Below the pieces are notes generated by a model that searched no databases, had not been told where the DNA came from, and was given only the letters and a program-made list of their open reading frames with translations. A stretch of 64,000 nucleotides of DNA from Chrysemys picta bellii (lineage: Eukaryota). A program made the position numbers and the translations under genes. Location of the stretch: the NCBI RefSeq assembly GCF_011386835.1, contig NC_088813.1, positions 12,400,001 to 12,464,000 on the forward strand, read 5' to 3'. Shown one piece after another: positions 12,534 to 31,242 of this stretch (positions within the stretch are counted from its first letter, which is position 1; each line of letters begins with the position of its first letter).

Positions 12534-15500
12534 ATGGCACCCAAGAAGAAAAATCCCAAGAAGAACAAAGTGGACAAGGGCGAGGATCCCCCGGCCCATG
12601 TGATGGAGGAGGACACTTTGCTGGATATCGATCACCTCAACCACGTGAACGGTCTGTATGAAAATGTCTCCAATGGTTTCCGCTGCACTGCCACAGAGGT
12701 CAGGAACCCCAACCATGGAGGCAGCCTCCTGGAGGAGATGAGTCAAATGCAACAAAAGCAGTTCCTCTGTGACCTCACCATTGCCACCAAAACCAAGTCC
12801 TTCGATGTCCATAAGCTCGTCATGGCTTCATGCAGCGAGTATTTCCACAGCCTGCTGAAGAGAGATCCCAACTTGCCACAAGTAGAATTCAACGATGTCT
12901 CCCCTCTGGGCTTGACCACCGTTATCACTTACGCCTACACCGGTAAGCTGAATCTCTCCCTGTACACCATTGGCAGCACCATCTCAACCGCCAGCCGCCT
13001 ACAAATACATGCTTTGCTCAACATGTGCAGTGACTTCCTCATTCAGGAGATAAATGTAGAGAACTGCATGTATATCGCCAACATCTCGGAGACGTACAAC
13101 CTCAACCAGACCAAGGACGCCACTCGAAAGTTCATCCAGGAAAACTTCCTGGAGTTCTCGGAGACTGAGCAGTTCATGAAACTCACCTTTGACCAGCTGA
13201 AGGAGCTGCTGATTGATGATGGTCTGCAGATCCCAAATGAGGTCATTGCCTTCCAGATTGCCATGAAATGGCTCGAGTTTGACCCTAAGCGAGTCACATA
13301 TGCTGCCAACCTCCTGAGCAACATTAGATTTGGCACCATATCAGCTCCCGATTTGGTCAACCATGTGCAACCAGTACCACGGATGATGCAAGATCCTGAG
13401 TGCCACAGGCTGCTGGTGGAGGCTATGAATTACCATCTGCTCCCTTACCAGCAAAATACCCTTCAGTCCAGAAGAACCAAAATCCGTGGAGGCCAAAGGG
13501 TGCTAGTCACAGTTGGTGGCCGTCCAGCTTTGACCGAGAAAGCTCTTAGCAGAGAGATTAGCTACAGGGACCCGGATGGAAACTGGAACAAGATGGCTGA
13601 GATGCCAGCAAAAAGTTTCAACCAGTGTGTCATTGTGATGGATGGGTTCCTCTATGTGGCAGGAGGGGAAGATCAAAACGATGCTAGGAACCAGGCTAAG
13701 CATGCAGTCAACAGTCTGTGCAGGTAACAAGAATTTCCTCAAGGCAAGACAGTTCCCATGAGAGTGCATTTCAAGTACTCAGTTTACAAGCCTGTGGCTG
13801 CATACATACCTGCCACAATCATCAATGGGGTTTGAACCTGAGATCTCAAATGCAGGCCTCTATCACATAAGCTAAAGGAGAACTCCTTTTGCTGTGCATG
13901 AGTAGTAGGTTGTTATAATCTTTGGGCCCGGCCATTAGGGACAGATAGGATTACACGCATTAAGCAACAGCATATTCTGTCATCATTTTTTCTGAGGATA
14001 TTTTTCACAAGGGTAAATGAGCAGGAGGAAAATACAGGCTAAACCAATCAGAAATATCTATTATACACATATAGCTCCAAGAGCAGATAGAGTGAAATAC
14101 TGCTACGTTAAGGACTATCCCATCAGAGAAGCAGTGTAGACCAGCAGAGTGGGCACTGGAGTGGGTGACAAAAGACCTGAAATCTGTCCCCAGCTCTGCC
14201 ATTGATCTGCAGTGTGACTTGGCCGAGTCACATTGCCTCTGTTTTTCCTCCCACCCTTTGTCTGTCTTATCTATTTAGATTGTAAGCTCTGTGGTGCAGG
14301 GAACGTCTCTTACTATGGGTATGTACAGCTCCTAGCACAACTGGGGCCCTGATCTCAGCTGAAGCCTCCAGGCTCTACCATAATTCAAATAAATAATAAG
14401 AACATCTGTTATTTAGTCAGACAGTTAATGATACAGGTCCAGAAAGCAAGAGCAGCTTTCATGTAATTTCTCTGCCTTTTTGTGGCCCTTCAAGGTTATC
14501 TTTTCTATTCTGGCTAGAGATTGCTCAAATCTCTATATAAATTATCAGTTTCCATTCTTTAGCTGATTCCGAGTTTGGCAGAATTAGCTTAAAAAAACCC
14601 TAAATTCACCCTCTGTATAATTTCTATTGTTTGTCTTCTTTCTTTCTTCTTTGTTGCATAGCTTAAGTGGAGGGTTTGGGTTTCTGGAAAGTTCTTATGA
14701 AACATGTCATTGGACTGTGCGGGGATTATTGTTAACAGAGGAGAAATGTAACCCTGGCAACACCAAGTGGAGAATGTTGTTGAAAATCCAGACACACAGT
14801 TGGGGTTGGGCTTGCACCCAGCGATTCCGAATAAAGAACGTGGATGCTACGAAGGAAAACCAGCACAGTTAATAGCATTTTGCCTCCCAGAAATCTGTGT
14901 TCAAGTTTGCCTTCCTGACAGGAGTTTATTAGTCTCAGTCTAATCCCTCTGAGACACTGTCCCCAGATCACCAAACCATCACAGAGTTCGGACCAGTTAC
15001 TAGCCTCTGCCAGGGAGAGAATGTGAGAAAGAACCCCCTCACGGGACAGATGTCAATCGTGTCTTCATGCACTACTAGCAGGCTTTCAAATACTACAGGG
15101 ATGAGGACAGAACCACCCCTCTAGAATAGAATAGGTTTAAGGATTGGCTTGGAAGGGCTTCTTATAGGTAAAGATACAGTGCTAGAAGCTTTTGGGGCTC
15201 AGGATTGGGAGGGCAGGCTAGCCTAGGTCAGGAATACACAGGGGATACACTGCAGGGCAAGCAGCATGTTCAGAGCCTGCCTGGCCCAGGCCATTCACGA
15301 CCACTGAATTCATTCAAAAGTCAATAAAACGGGACCATGTATTTTTCCTGCAGCTGAGAAAGGCCTCAGGATTCCACCCGTCAGGTCTCCTCCTTTCTAT
15401 TTCTAGCCTGTATCTTATTCAGCATTTCTGGCATTGCCAGACTGCCCCGGGATTGCTTTCCGGGTACAGTAACAGCAATGCCATCTGCCAGCGGGGGCTC

Positions 15501-16464
15501 AGGGTCGCACGGCAGCCGTTTGCCTTGCAGCATGTGCTCAGCTTTGCGCTGCAGGGGCCCGAGGGGGATGTGATGTAGGATCTGTGGCTTGAGAGATGCA
15601 GGAAGATCAGTAACTTGTCGTTGTCAAGCAGGGGTAGACGGGAGAGATCATATGTCCCCAGGGCAGGTTCAGAGCAGCCCTCCGCAGCATGGGATCAGAG
15701 GCTAGGTGACAGCTCTTCCTTCTCTCCGCAGGTATGATGCTCGCTTCAACGCCTGGCTGCATTTGGCCAGCATGCTGCACAAGAGGACTCACTTCAGTCT
15801 GAGCGCCTACAATGGTCTCCTCTACGCCATCGGCGGGCGCAACGCCGAGGGGGTCCTGGCCTCCATCGACTGCTACATCCCTTCCACCAACAGCTGGCAG
15901 AGCAAGGCCAGCATGGAGATCCCTCGCTGCTGCCACGCCAGCACGGTCATTGACGGCAAGATCCTAGTCACCGGGGGCTACGTCAACAACTGTTACTCGC
16001 GCACCGTGTGCAGCTACGAGCCCAGCACAGACACCTGGAGAGACCGGGCTGGGCTCAGCACCCCCCGGGGCTGGCACTGCACTGCCACCTGGGCTGATCG
16101 TGCGTATGTCCTAGGGGGCAGCCAGCTGGGCCCCCGAGGTGAGCGGGTGGATGTGATCCCCGTGGAGTGCTACAATCCTGACACAGGCCAGTGGAGCTAT
16201 GTGGCGCCCGTGCCCACTGGGGTCAGCACGGCCGGGGTAACGATCCTCGACGGGCGCATCTGCCTAGTGGGAGGCTGGAATGAGAGTGGGAAGAAATACC
16301 AGAAGTGTGTGCAGAGCTACAACCCGGAGATGAACGAATGGGCAGAGGAGGAGGATCTCCCCGAGGCCACCGTGGGTGTGTCCTGCTGCACCATCACCCT
16401 CCCGCACCACGGCAGCAAGGGATCCAGGACTAGCTCAGCGGCATCGGCAGCGGTCAGCATCTAA
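12534..16464 (+). CDS. Kelch-like BTB-BACK-Kelch protein, KLHL31 paralogue (probably the fish klhl43 lineage), 640 aa; join(12534..13723,15732..16464)
   Basis: MAPKKK start, BTB ([28 protein letters not shown]), BACK, Kelch GG repeats and C-terminal SAAVSI match KLHL31 collinearly. The AG|GT..AG|G phase-2 intron gives 1923 nt in frame. An acceptor at 12504 implies an unlocated upstream non-coding exon. Confidence 0.92.
14140..14400 (+). mobile_element. MIR/CORE-type SINE in the KLHL intron
   Basis: Core CTGTGTGACTTGGCCGAGTCAC-like motif followed by an L2-like tail TTAGATTGTAAGCTC...CCTAGCACA and an A-rich end. Confidence 0.5.
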
Positions 16465-19400
16465 TGGAGGAGCCGGGGGCTAGCATTTCCGCCTGCAGCT
16501 GGGGACGCAGACAGAGCTCAAACCTTGCCTCAGATTGCAGGGGAGCTGAGATCAGAAAGCACCGAGAGCTGGGAACTAAGCAATGGCTCGTTTCACAGCG
16601 GTAGGAGAGCGTGTGGAGCAGCACGATCTAGCGGTTAGAGCAGTGTTTGGCGATCTTTGACGCACAATCTAATGGTTAGCACAGGGCCCTGGGAGCTAGA
16701 AACGCCTGGATTCTTATTCCAGCTGTGAAACGAAAGCCCTCTATGGCCTTAGGCAGGTCACTAGCCCCCCTACACCATGGGTAAAATGACACTGACCGCC
16801 ACTGGGAGGAACCACTTCAAAGCTAAGAAGCCCTATGGACATGCTCAGCTTTAGCATGGTCTCTGCTCATCTCTAGGTCTGATCCCCTCCCTCCTCAAGT
16901 CAGAGGCCTCCCATCTCTTCTCCAGCCCACCTGCACTGCAGTCAGGTGGGGAATGATGTGTGGCTGGTGAGGGTGGGTCCTTATCTGACCAATTAGGTGG
17001 CCGAGAGCTGCGGCCACCACTGGCAAAGCAACCTTAACGTCTAACCCCCGTGTTACCCAGCTAGACGTTGGCCTCCTGCGATGGACTGGTCCGTGAAGCC
17101 ACTGCAGGGTTTTCTCCTGCACCACAGGGCAGGGTGGATGGCACATGGAACATCCCAGTGTGGCCAGAAAAGCCCATATTCCTTTCAGTGACATGGGTAG
17201 GCTCCATCCTCTGTCACACACCTCCCCACTATGGACTGCAGATCAACCCAATCACAAGCAACCCCACCACCCTCAAGCAAGCCAAGCCCTAGCAAGACAA
17301 TAGAGAGAGAACAATAGAGTCCCTATGCATACGGCCAGGGTCGCCAGATTCTTTTCATTCTCGCCCTGGTCTTGTCTCCCATCTAACCAGGGAAGTCAGT
17401 GAGATCTGACAATGGGTCACAGCACATCCAGATCCTGCTGACGGTATCAGGTAATGATCAGAATATGTGACTCAACACAGGGCAGGCAAAGCCCCGCCGC
17501 CCCTCACCGGCTTCAACTAGAGCTTCAGGTGTCCCAGGAACATGGTCTGGCTCATTGTAGCCAGTCTGATGTCAGAAGAGAAGTTTCCCAAATCTGGTCA
17601 TTGTTTAACCAAATTTATTCCCAACATTATGGATAAGGGAAGACACCTAATTCTTTAGGTAGCGGCATTTCAGATTGACGTGAGACCCCTGAACAAGGCA
17701 CCTTTTAGCTGCAGACAATGGCTTAATTCCTTCATGCTGCAGGATGTAACAAGGAGACAAAGTGGTTCCGTGGTTACAGTTGGCAGTCAGGAAATGTAAC
17801 TGCTGTTGGGACTCAGTGAGTGACTTTGGGCCAGTCACTTCACTCTCCTCCTCCTGTTTCCCCTTCCGTAAAAGGGGGATCGTGGGAAGAATGACCCTCC
17901 CCCAGAAAGCAGTTGGAGATCTTCAGCTGGAAGATGGCATAGAAATGCAAATTGCCATCCCCTCCTCCCAGCAATCAACCCTGCAACTCATGTCACCCCC
18001 TAACACAGCTAAAAGGTAAATAGGGTTTCCTCCCCTTCTTTCAACCTGTCATTTTTAGGAGTGGGTTTTTTTTTTTTTTTTTGCTTTGTCAGGGTCAGAG
18101 TTAAGGTTAGAATGCCACTGCACCAACTCTGTCATTTCAGTTTGGAGGCATTCCACGGTCTCCTCAAATCTCCTTGTTCTATCAAGGCAAGTTTTGAGCT
18201 CTAGGGAAGCATTTGATGGACTGTCTGCATTTCAGGCTGTGTGTCAAGGTGCCTATGAACGCCCGTAACTTTAACTCCAAACCACAGCTGCTAAGCAGGG
18301 CATGAGGCACTGAAGCATCCAGGAAGGAAAGGAGGATTTTGATCACCAATCTGGTTGCAGTATAGACTGTACCAGAGCTGGGTAAAAGAAAAACAAACAA
18401 CAAAAGAAAACATACAAATAAACTGGAGTCACTTACAGAGAGATCCTATTACAGGGACCAGAGCTCAGAGAGCCGAGAAGCGTAAAAATGATGAGACACT
18501 CATAAAAATTACAGTAGTTACACCCTTCTACGTTAGCTAGAAGAAATAAATAAGCCTAAGAAAGAACACTGTGACCCTTGACATGTACCTGTTAAATCTG
18601 AGAAAATGTATTTATTTTAATAGTGGCAAGGGAAGTGAGTTGCTAGGGCACCAGACAATTAGAATAGATGTAAACAGACCTGTAATTACAGGGATACAAA
18701 CCCTTTCCCTCCTCACACACACGGCGAGTTATAGTCACAGGCAGCCGTCAAGGGTTGCTTACCCTCGACCTAGCAACCTACACCCGGCCTCAGCCACTGC
18801 TCCCATTGTTAACACAACACCAGAGAACCTGGACTATGGAAAATTCTTAGAAATCAAAAGGAAGAAACATTTGGGTAGGACAATGGCACGGGGGGGGGGG
18901 GGGAGATTTTAATGGACGAGAAGTTTGCATTGTTGGATGAGAGGGTCTGTATATTGTGAAGGTGTTTGGGAATGAGGGGGCAGGGTGTGGTTTAAAGGGC
19001 TGTACTGTGCTAACTCCTTGGTCGAGTTGTCACATTTCAGTTAAAAGCACAGAATTCACCCCCTACTAGAACTGTAATAGCCCCATAGTCCATTAAGCCA
19101 TGCGGCCTACCAGAGAGCTGCAATGCAATTAGAAGAGCTGTAAGCTGGAGAGAGGGGCAACTTTCCACCCTCCTTCTATTAAGTAGCACTTGGAGTAGTG
19201 CAAGTGGAGCACTGGAACAGTAATTAAGGTGTGACGTGCAGCAGCACTGAGACGAGATTGATGCCTATTTCCTGGTCCCGGTCTAGGACGTGGATCATCC
19301 TGTAGACTTAGCTACTGCCTCTCAGGGAAGTGGATTACTTCCGCCGACAGAGAATGTCCCAGCGGCCTAGGTTGCGTCTACACTGAAGTACTGCTGCTGT

Positions 19401-21716
19401 GCCACTGCAGCATTTCTACTGTAGACAAGCCCCATGTCTCTACTTAAAATGGTACAGCAGAACAGCTGCAGTGCTTCAGTGTAGACACTTGCTACAGTGA
19501 CTTCTCCCATCACTGTAGTTAATCCACCTCCCTGCGAGGCAGTAGCTAAGTCGACAGAAGAATTCTTCTATCAACCTAGCACTGTCTACACCAAGGGTTA
19601 GGTCAGCTTCACTGTCTCTTGGGGTGTAGATTTTTCACACCCTTGAGACACACACATGCTGATGTAAGTTTTCAGTGTAGACTAGCCTTGAATCTTGGGT
19701 CCTGTCTATACAACCATACAACCCATGGGGCAGCCAGCAAACGGCTCTGCGCCAGCCATTCTAAGTTTGGTCTTGTTTGTTCAGGCAGGCTGAAACCACG
19801 TTTAATGAACCACATTACACTCCTAAACCCTGGCCAGCCCTTTAAGGGAGTGCTGCTGTATTAAATGACACAGAGGGAAGTGTGGGTCAGGGAAGGGACA
19901 GCCAAGATAGACACGCAGAATAGTAAATTTAACTGTCCTTGGTTGTTTTTTCAACTCTAGCTGCCAGATGGTGCGGGTGCCTCTGATGGGTTTTCAGTGG
20001 AATTTACACTTCAGTTAAGAAATGCATTGATTGCCAATAAGAATTGATTATTTCAGGTAGAGTTCACTCTAACAGCATAAACCTATTTAAGGATAGTGGA
20101 AGCTCCAGCGCCGTAACTTCAGTTGAAGAACAGCTAAATCACTTACCATACGTTTGTTTCTCTATCAACCAAACAAGCCACTCCACATTTTTCCTTTCAC
20201 AACTCTGTTGCTGCCAGCATTGGCTCAGTTCACTAGTTAGAACACTGACGACAATGCTTTCCATGGTACGTAGAAAGACAATCTTCCAAAGGATCTGATG
20301 GGCGTCAAGCCAATGTATTTGATAAGCATTGAGCCAATGTATTAGTTACCAGTAGTACAGAGCAAGTGGTGCCCGGGAGTCCGAGTCAAGCGTTTGCCTC
20401 ATTTGTGAACCATTCACTGTTTCGGGGGCACTAGAGCTGGGAAAGAATTTGTTATGGGTACAGAGAAGCTGCAAATAGGCATCAGGGAGCGTTTGACTCT
20501 ACCTGTCTGAACTGCATTGTCTTGAAGAGAACGGTATCTATGAAATAGAATAAAAGATTAACACCTCAAGGAGTAACTTGTCTGGTACATGCATTACTGT
20601 ACTGAGAGGCTGTTATATTCCCAGTACACGGGAGAGAAGAAAAAAAAAAAAACTGGCCAAAACACCCATTTGAGACACTGAGGATTCTTTCCTCCTAAAT
20701 ATTTGTACATTTTAAAGCCCATATAAGAGTAATCGCTCTCTTGCCAAGCATATAGAACATTTTATCTGGGGCCTGTCAGAATACCAAAAACAGGTTGCCT
20801 GGTGCACAAGTACCAGGCAGAACCCCTCGATTCTATTCCAGCAGCTGTGCACCAGGTGAGGGATGCTGGATTCTCAGACCAGCTGAAATAAGCTCCAGCT
20901 ATTGCTGTCTGGGTCTTCAGCACCCTCTGGTGGTAACTAACAGCATCGGATGCTGGTTCTCGACTCAGTGCACAAGTTAGCAAACAGCTCCAGAGAGCAA
21001 GCTCTTAGCCACCCCTTTTGTGGGGCTTATAAGCACTTGATAGGGGATGTACTAGCTCCTCTAAGCAGAGTCCCAGTTAAGAATATATTATGGTTGTTTA
21101 GTCCCCAAGCCTCAGCCACCTTTAGTCCCTACCACTTGCGTTCTTGCCACTTTGGACAGAGGCAAATCCACCACGTCTCATTTGGTCTCCCCATTGCCTT
21201 TGTATTGAAATGGACGTTTTGGTCCATGAGCAGAGAAACTATTCATGGTTTCATCCAGTGGTCGAGAGTCCCAAGTGGCACTAACCTCAACAGCACATGC
21301 TAGGAGGTCTTTTGGAATCAGATCATGTAGGTTAGATTTTATTTTGTCCCTACTTGGAGCTATAGCTCAGTCCCTAAATGCTTCACAAATCTTGCTCTAG
21401 TTCTACTTTCACATTGTCTAGTTGCCCATCAAACTAGGTTTTAAATTTTATCCGTAGCTTCCCCTCTTGGCCAGCACAGAAATGGAGGGGAGTTCTCTTC
21501 ATTCACACCGTGGTTCTACCATCTGCTCCTTATGGACAGGAACTCCCATTCCACGAGCACAGCACTGACTGGCCATCTCTGCTGCACACTGCATCCGCAC
21601 CCGTGGGGGGGTCTGCTCTCCTCTCCAGTTTGATCGGCTTCAAGTTCCAGCAGCTGATGGTGAGGAGGGGCGAGGAGCCAGCCACAAAATGCACAACAAG
21701 TTAAATGTTAGAAAAT

Positions 21717-21722
21717 TTTATT
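21717..21722 (-). terminator. RPL11 polyadenylation signal AATAAA
   Basis: TTTATT on + strand, 25 nt past the stop codon. Confidence 0.8.
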
Positions 21723-21746
21723 AGCATTTTTGGTAACTGGAACTGC

Positions 21747-29614
<7,868 letters not shown>

Positions 29615-29983
29615 GATGGAGGCGTGGAAGAGATCGCGAGAGCGCCGGAACGGGATCTTATTCGGCAGCCCCGGCCGGCTGCCCCATAGAGGCGGCAGGC
29701 GGGAGAGACGCCCAGGCCGAGGGGCAGCTGCTGCCCCCTGCGGCCGGAGGGCGGCCCTGCACCCGGCTCTGAGCAACTCCCCTCTCCGCCCCTAAGCCCA
29801 GATCTGGTTGATCCCAGGCCCTTCTGTGATGGGCACTAACTTAAACACAACACACTCTCCAAACTCATAGGCCGTTCCCCCTACAGCCCGGGCAGGAAGA
29901 GAGAGAATGTTGTTGTTACTTTTAAATCCTTGACAGGTAGTGGGTGGCAATTGGCGTGATACAAGCACAGGTCGTGTGTAGCT

Positions 29984-30053
29984 GTAGCCCACGGAAGCTT
30001 ATGCTCTAATAAATTTGTTAGTCTCTAAGGTGCCACAAGTACTCCTGTTCTTT
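29984..30053 (+). mobile_element. Degenerate Penelope-like pLTR fragment
   Basis: GCCCACGGAAGCTTATGC...TTAGTCTCTAAGGTGCCACAAGTACTCC; same family as the 12057 and 48857 copies. Confidence 0.6.
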
Positions 30054-30558
30054 AAGCACAGGTAGATTACTGGAGAGAACAGTATCATTGTTGTCTTGAC
30101 ATCATCCAGGCAACTCAGGGTGGAACATGTCAAACGTTTGTTTCCATTTTTATTTTTCATTTTCAGGAAATTACAAGGAAAACCTTCAGGACAGATCGAG
30201 AGAAGTGACACAGGTGCTGGGCTGGGAGCATGACAGCACAGCCCGGCCAAGAAAGGGTCAGAGGCCAAACATCAGCCTGACAACGAGCCCTTTACATTAC
30301 ATCACATCACACACCCGTTCTGGAGTCATTCTCAGTATTTCTGTTACTGAAGTGGAAAAAATAGGGTGGCTAAATTACTTTTCAGCTTTTGTGACTAAAG
30401 AGAGTGTCGGCTAGTGCACAAAATGCCAGCTTTGTGTTTCAAATCCTGTCGAGGTTGGGTTATGAGATTTGGTGATTCCACAGTACCGGCAGCTGGACAG
30501 GGAGTGGCAGAGACTTGGAGAAATGCAGCTGGTGAATTTTGCGTGTAGACTAGTAAGC

Positions 30559-30787
30559 CCTGCTCTACACTACAAAGCCACACCCCTGAGCGACGCAGTT
30601 ATTCCAACTGGAATCCAGATGTAGACAGTGCTACGGGAGAGCTTCTCCCATGGACATAGCTACCGCTTCTTGGGGAGGGGGAGTACCTACGCTGATGGGA
30701 GAAGCTTTCCCGTTGGCGTAAGTAGTGTCTTCACCCAGCAGTGCAGCTGCACCGGTGCTGCAGCACTGTAAGTGTAGACAAGACCTA
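30559..30787. mobile_element. Harbinger-type MITE between the cGAS-like gene and RPL11
   Basis: Termini ..CTCTACACT / AGTGTAGACAAGACC with internal palindromic GGGAGAAG / CTTCTCCC motifs. Confidence 0.5.
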
Positions 30788-30872
30788 CCTCGGGGAGGAC
30801 AGAACACACAAAGCAACATCTGCTTATTGTGTTTTAAAATAATATACTGTATTGGATTCATTGGCAAGCAGA

Positions 30873-30878
30873 TTTATT
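30873..30878 (-). terminator. Candidate polyadenylation signal of the cGAS-like gene
   Basis: First AATAAA on the minus strand, about 365 nt after the stop codon. Confidence 0.45.
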
Positions 30879-31242
30879 TAGAGCGTAGCTAAGCTATCCA
30901 AAGCGCCCACATTGCAGGACTGCGTTACAGCACAGTTAAAACCTGGTTTAGTCTTGTAGCATAGACAGGATGGAATTGTGTTATTACCATACTCCTGAAC
31001 CCGGCTAGATCCCTGCAAAGTTCAGGTGCGTGATTCAGGCGCACAGTTTAAACACGCTTTGATCCTAGCTACGTTACAGAGTGTGTTTTTATCATGTCTG
31101 AGGAACAGCGGTGTTATAACTGGGTCCTGCAATGTGGTCGATTGTGCAGCTCCTAGGCCCCCTCCTGCCACCCTCACTAACAATTAACGTCCCAGCAGAC
31201 TCCTTCAGTCCTTACAAATGGAAAGGTAGACGCTCAGAATCT

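Noticed and set aside
29984-30053. Third hammerhead ribozyme
   Set aside because: Lacks the CUGANGA half and has GAAG instead of GAAA, so it is inactive by consensus.
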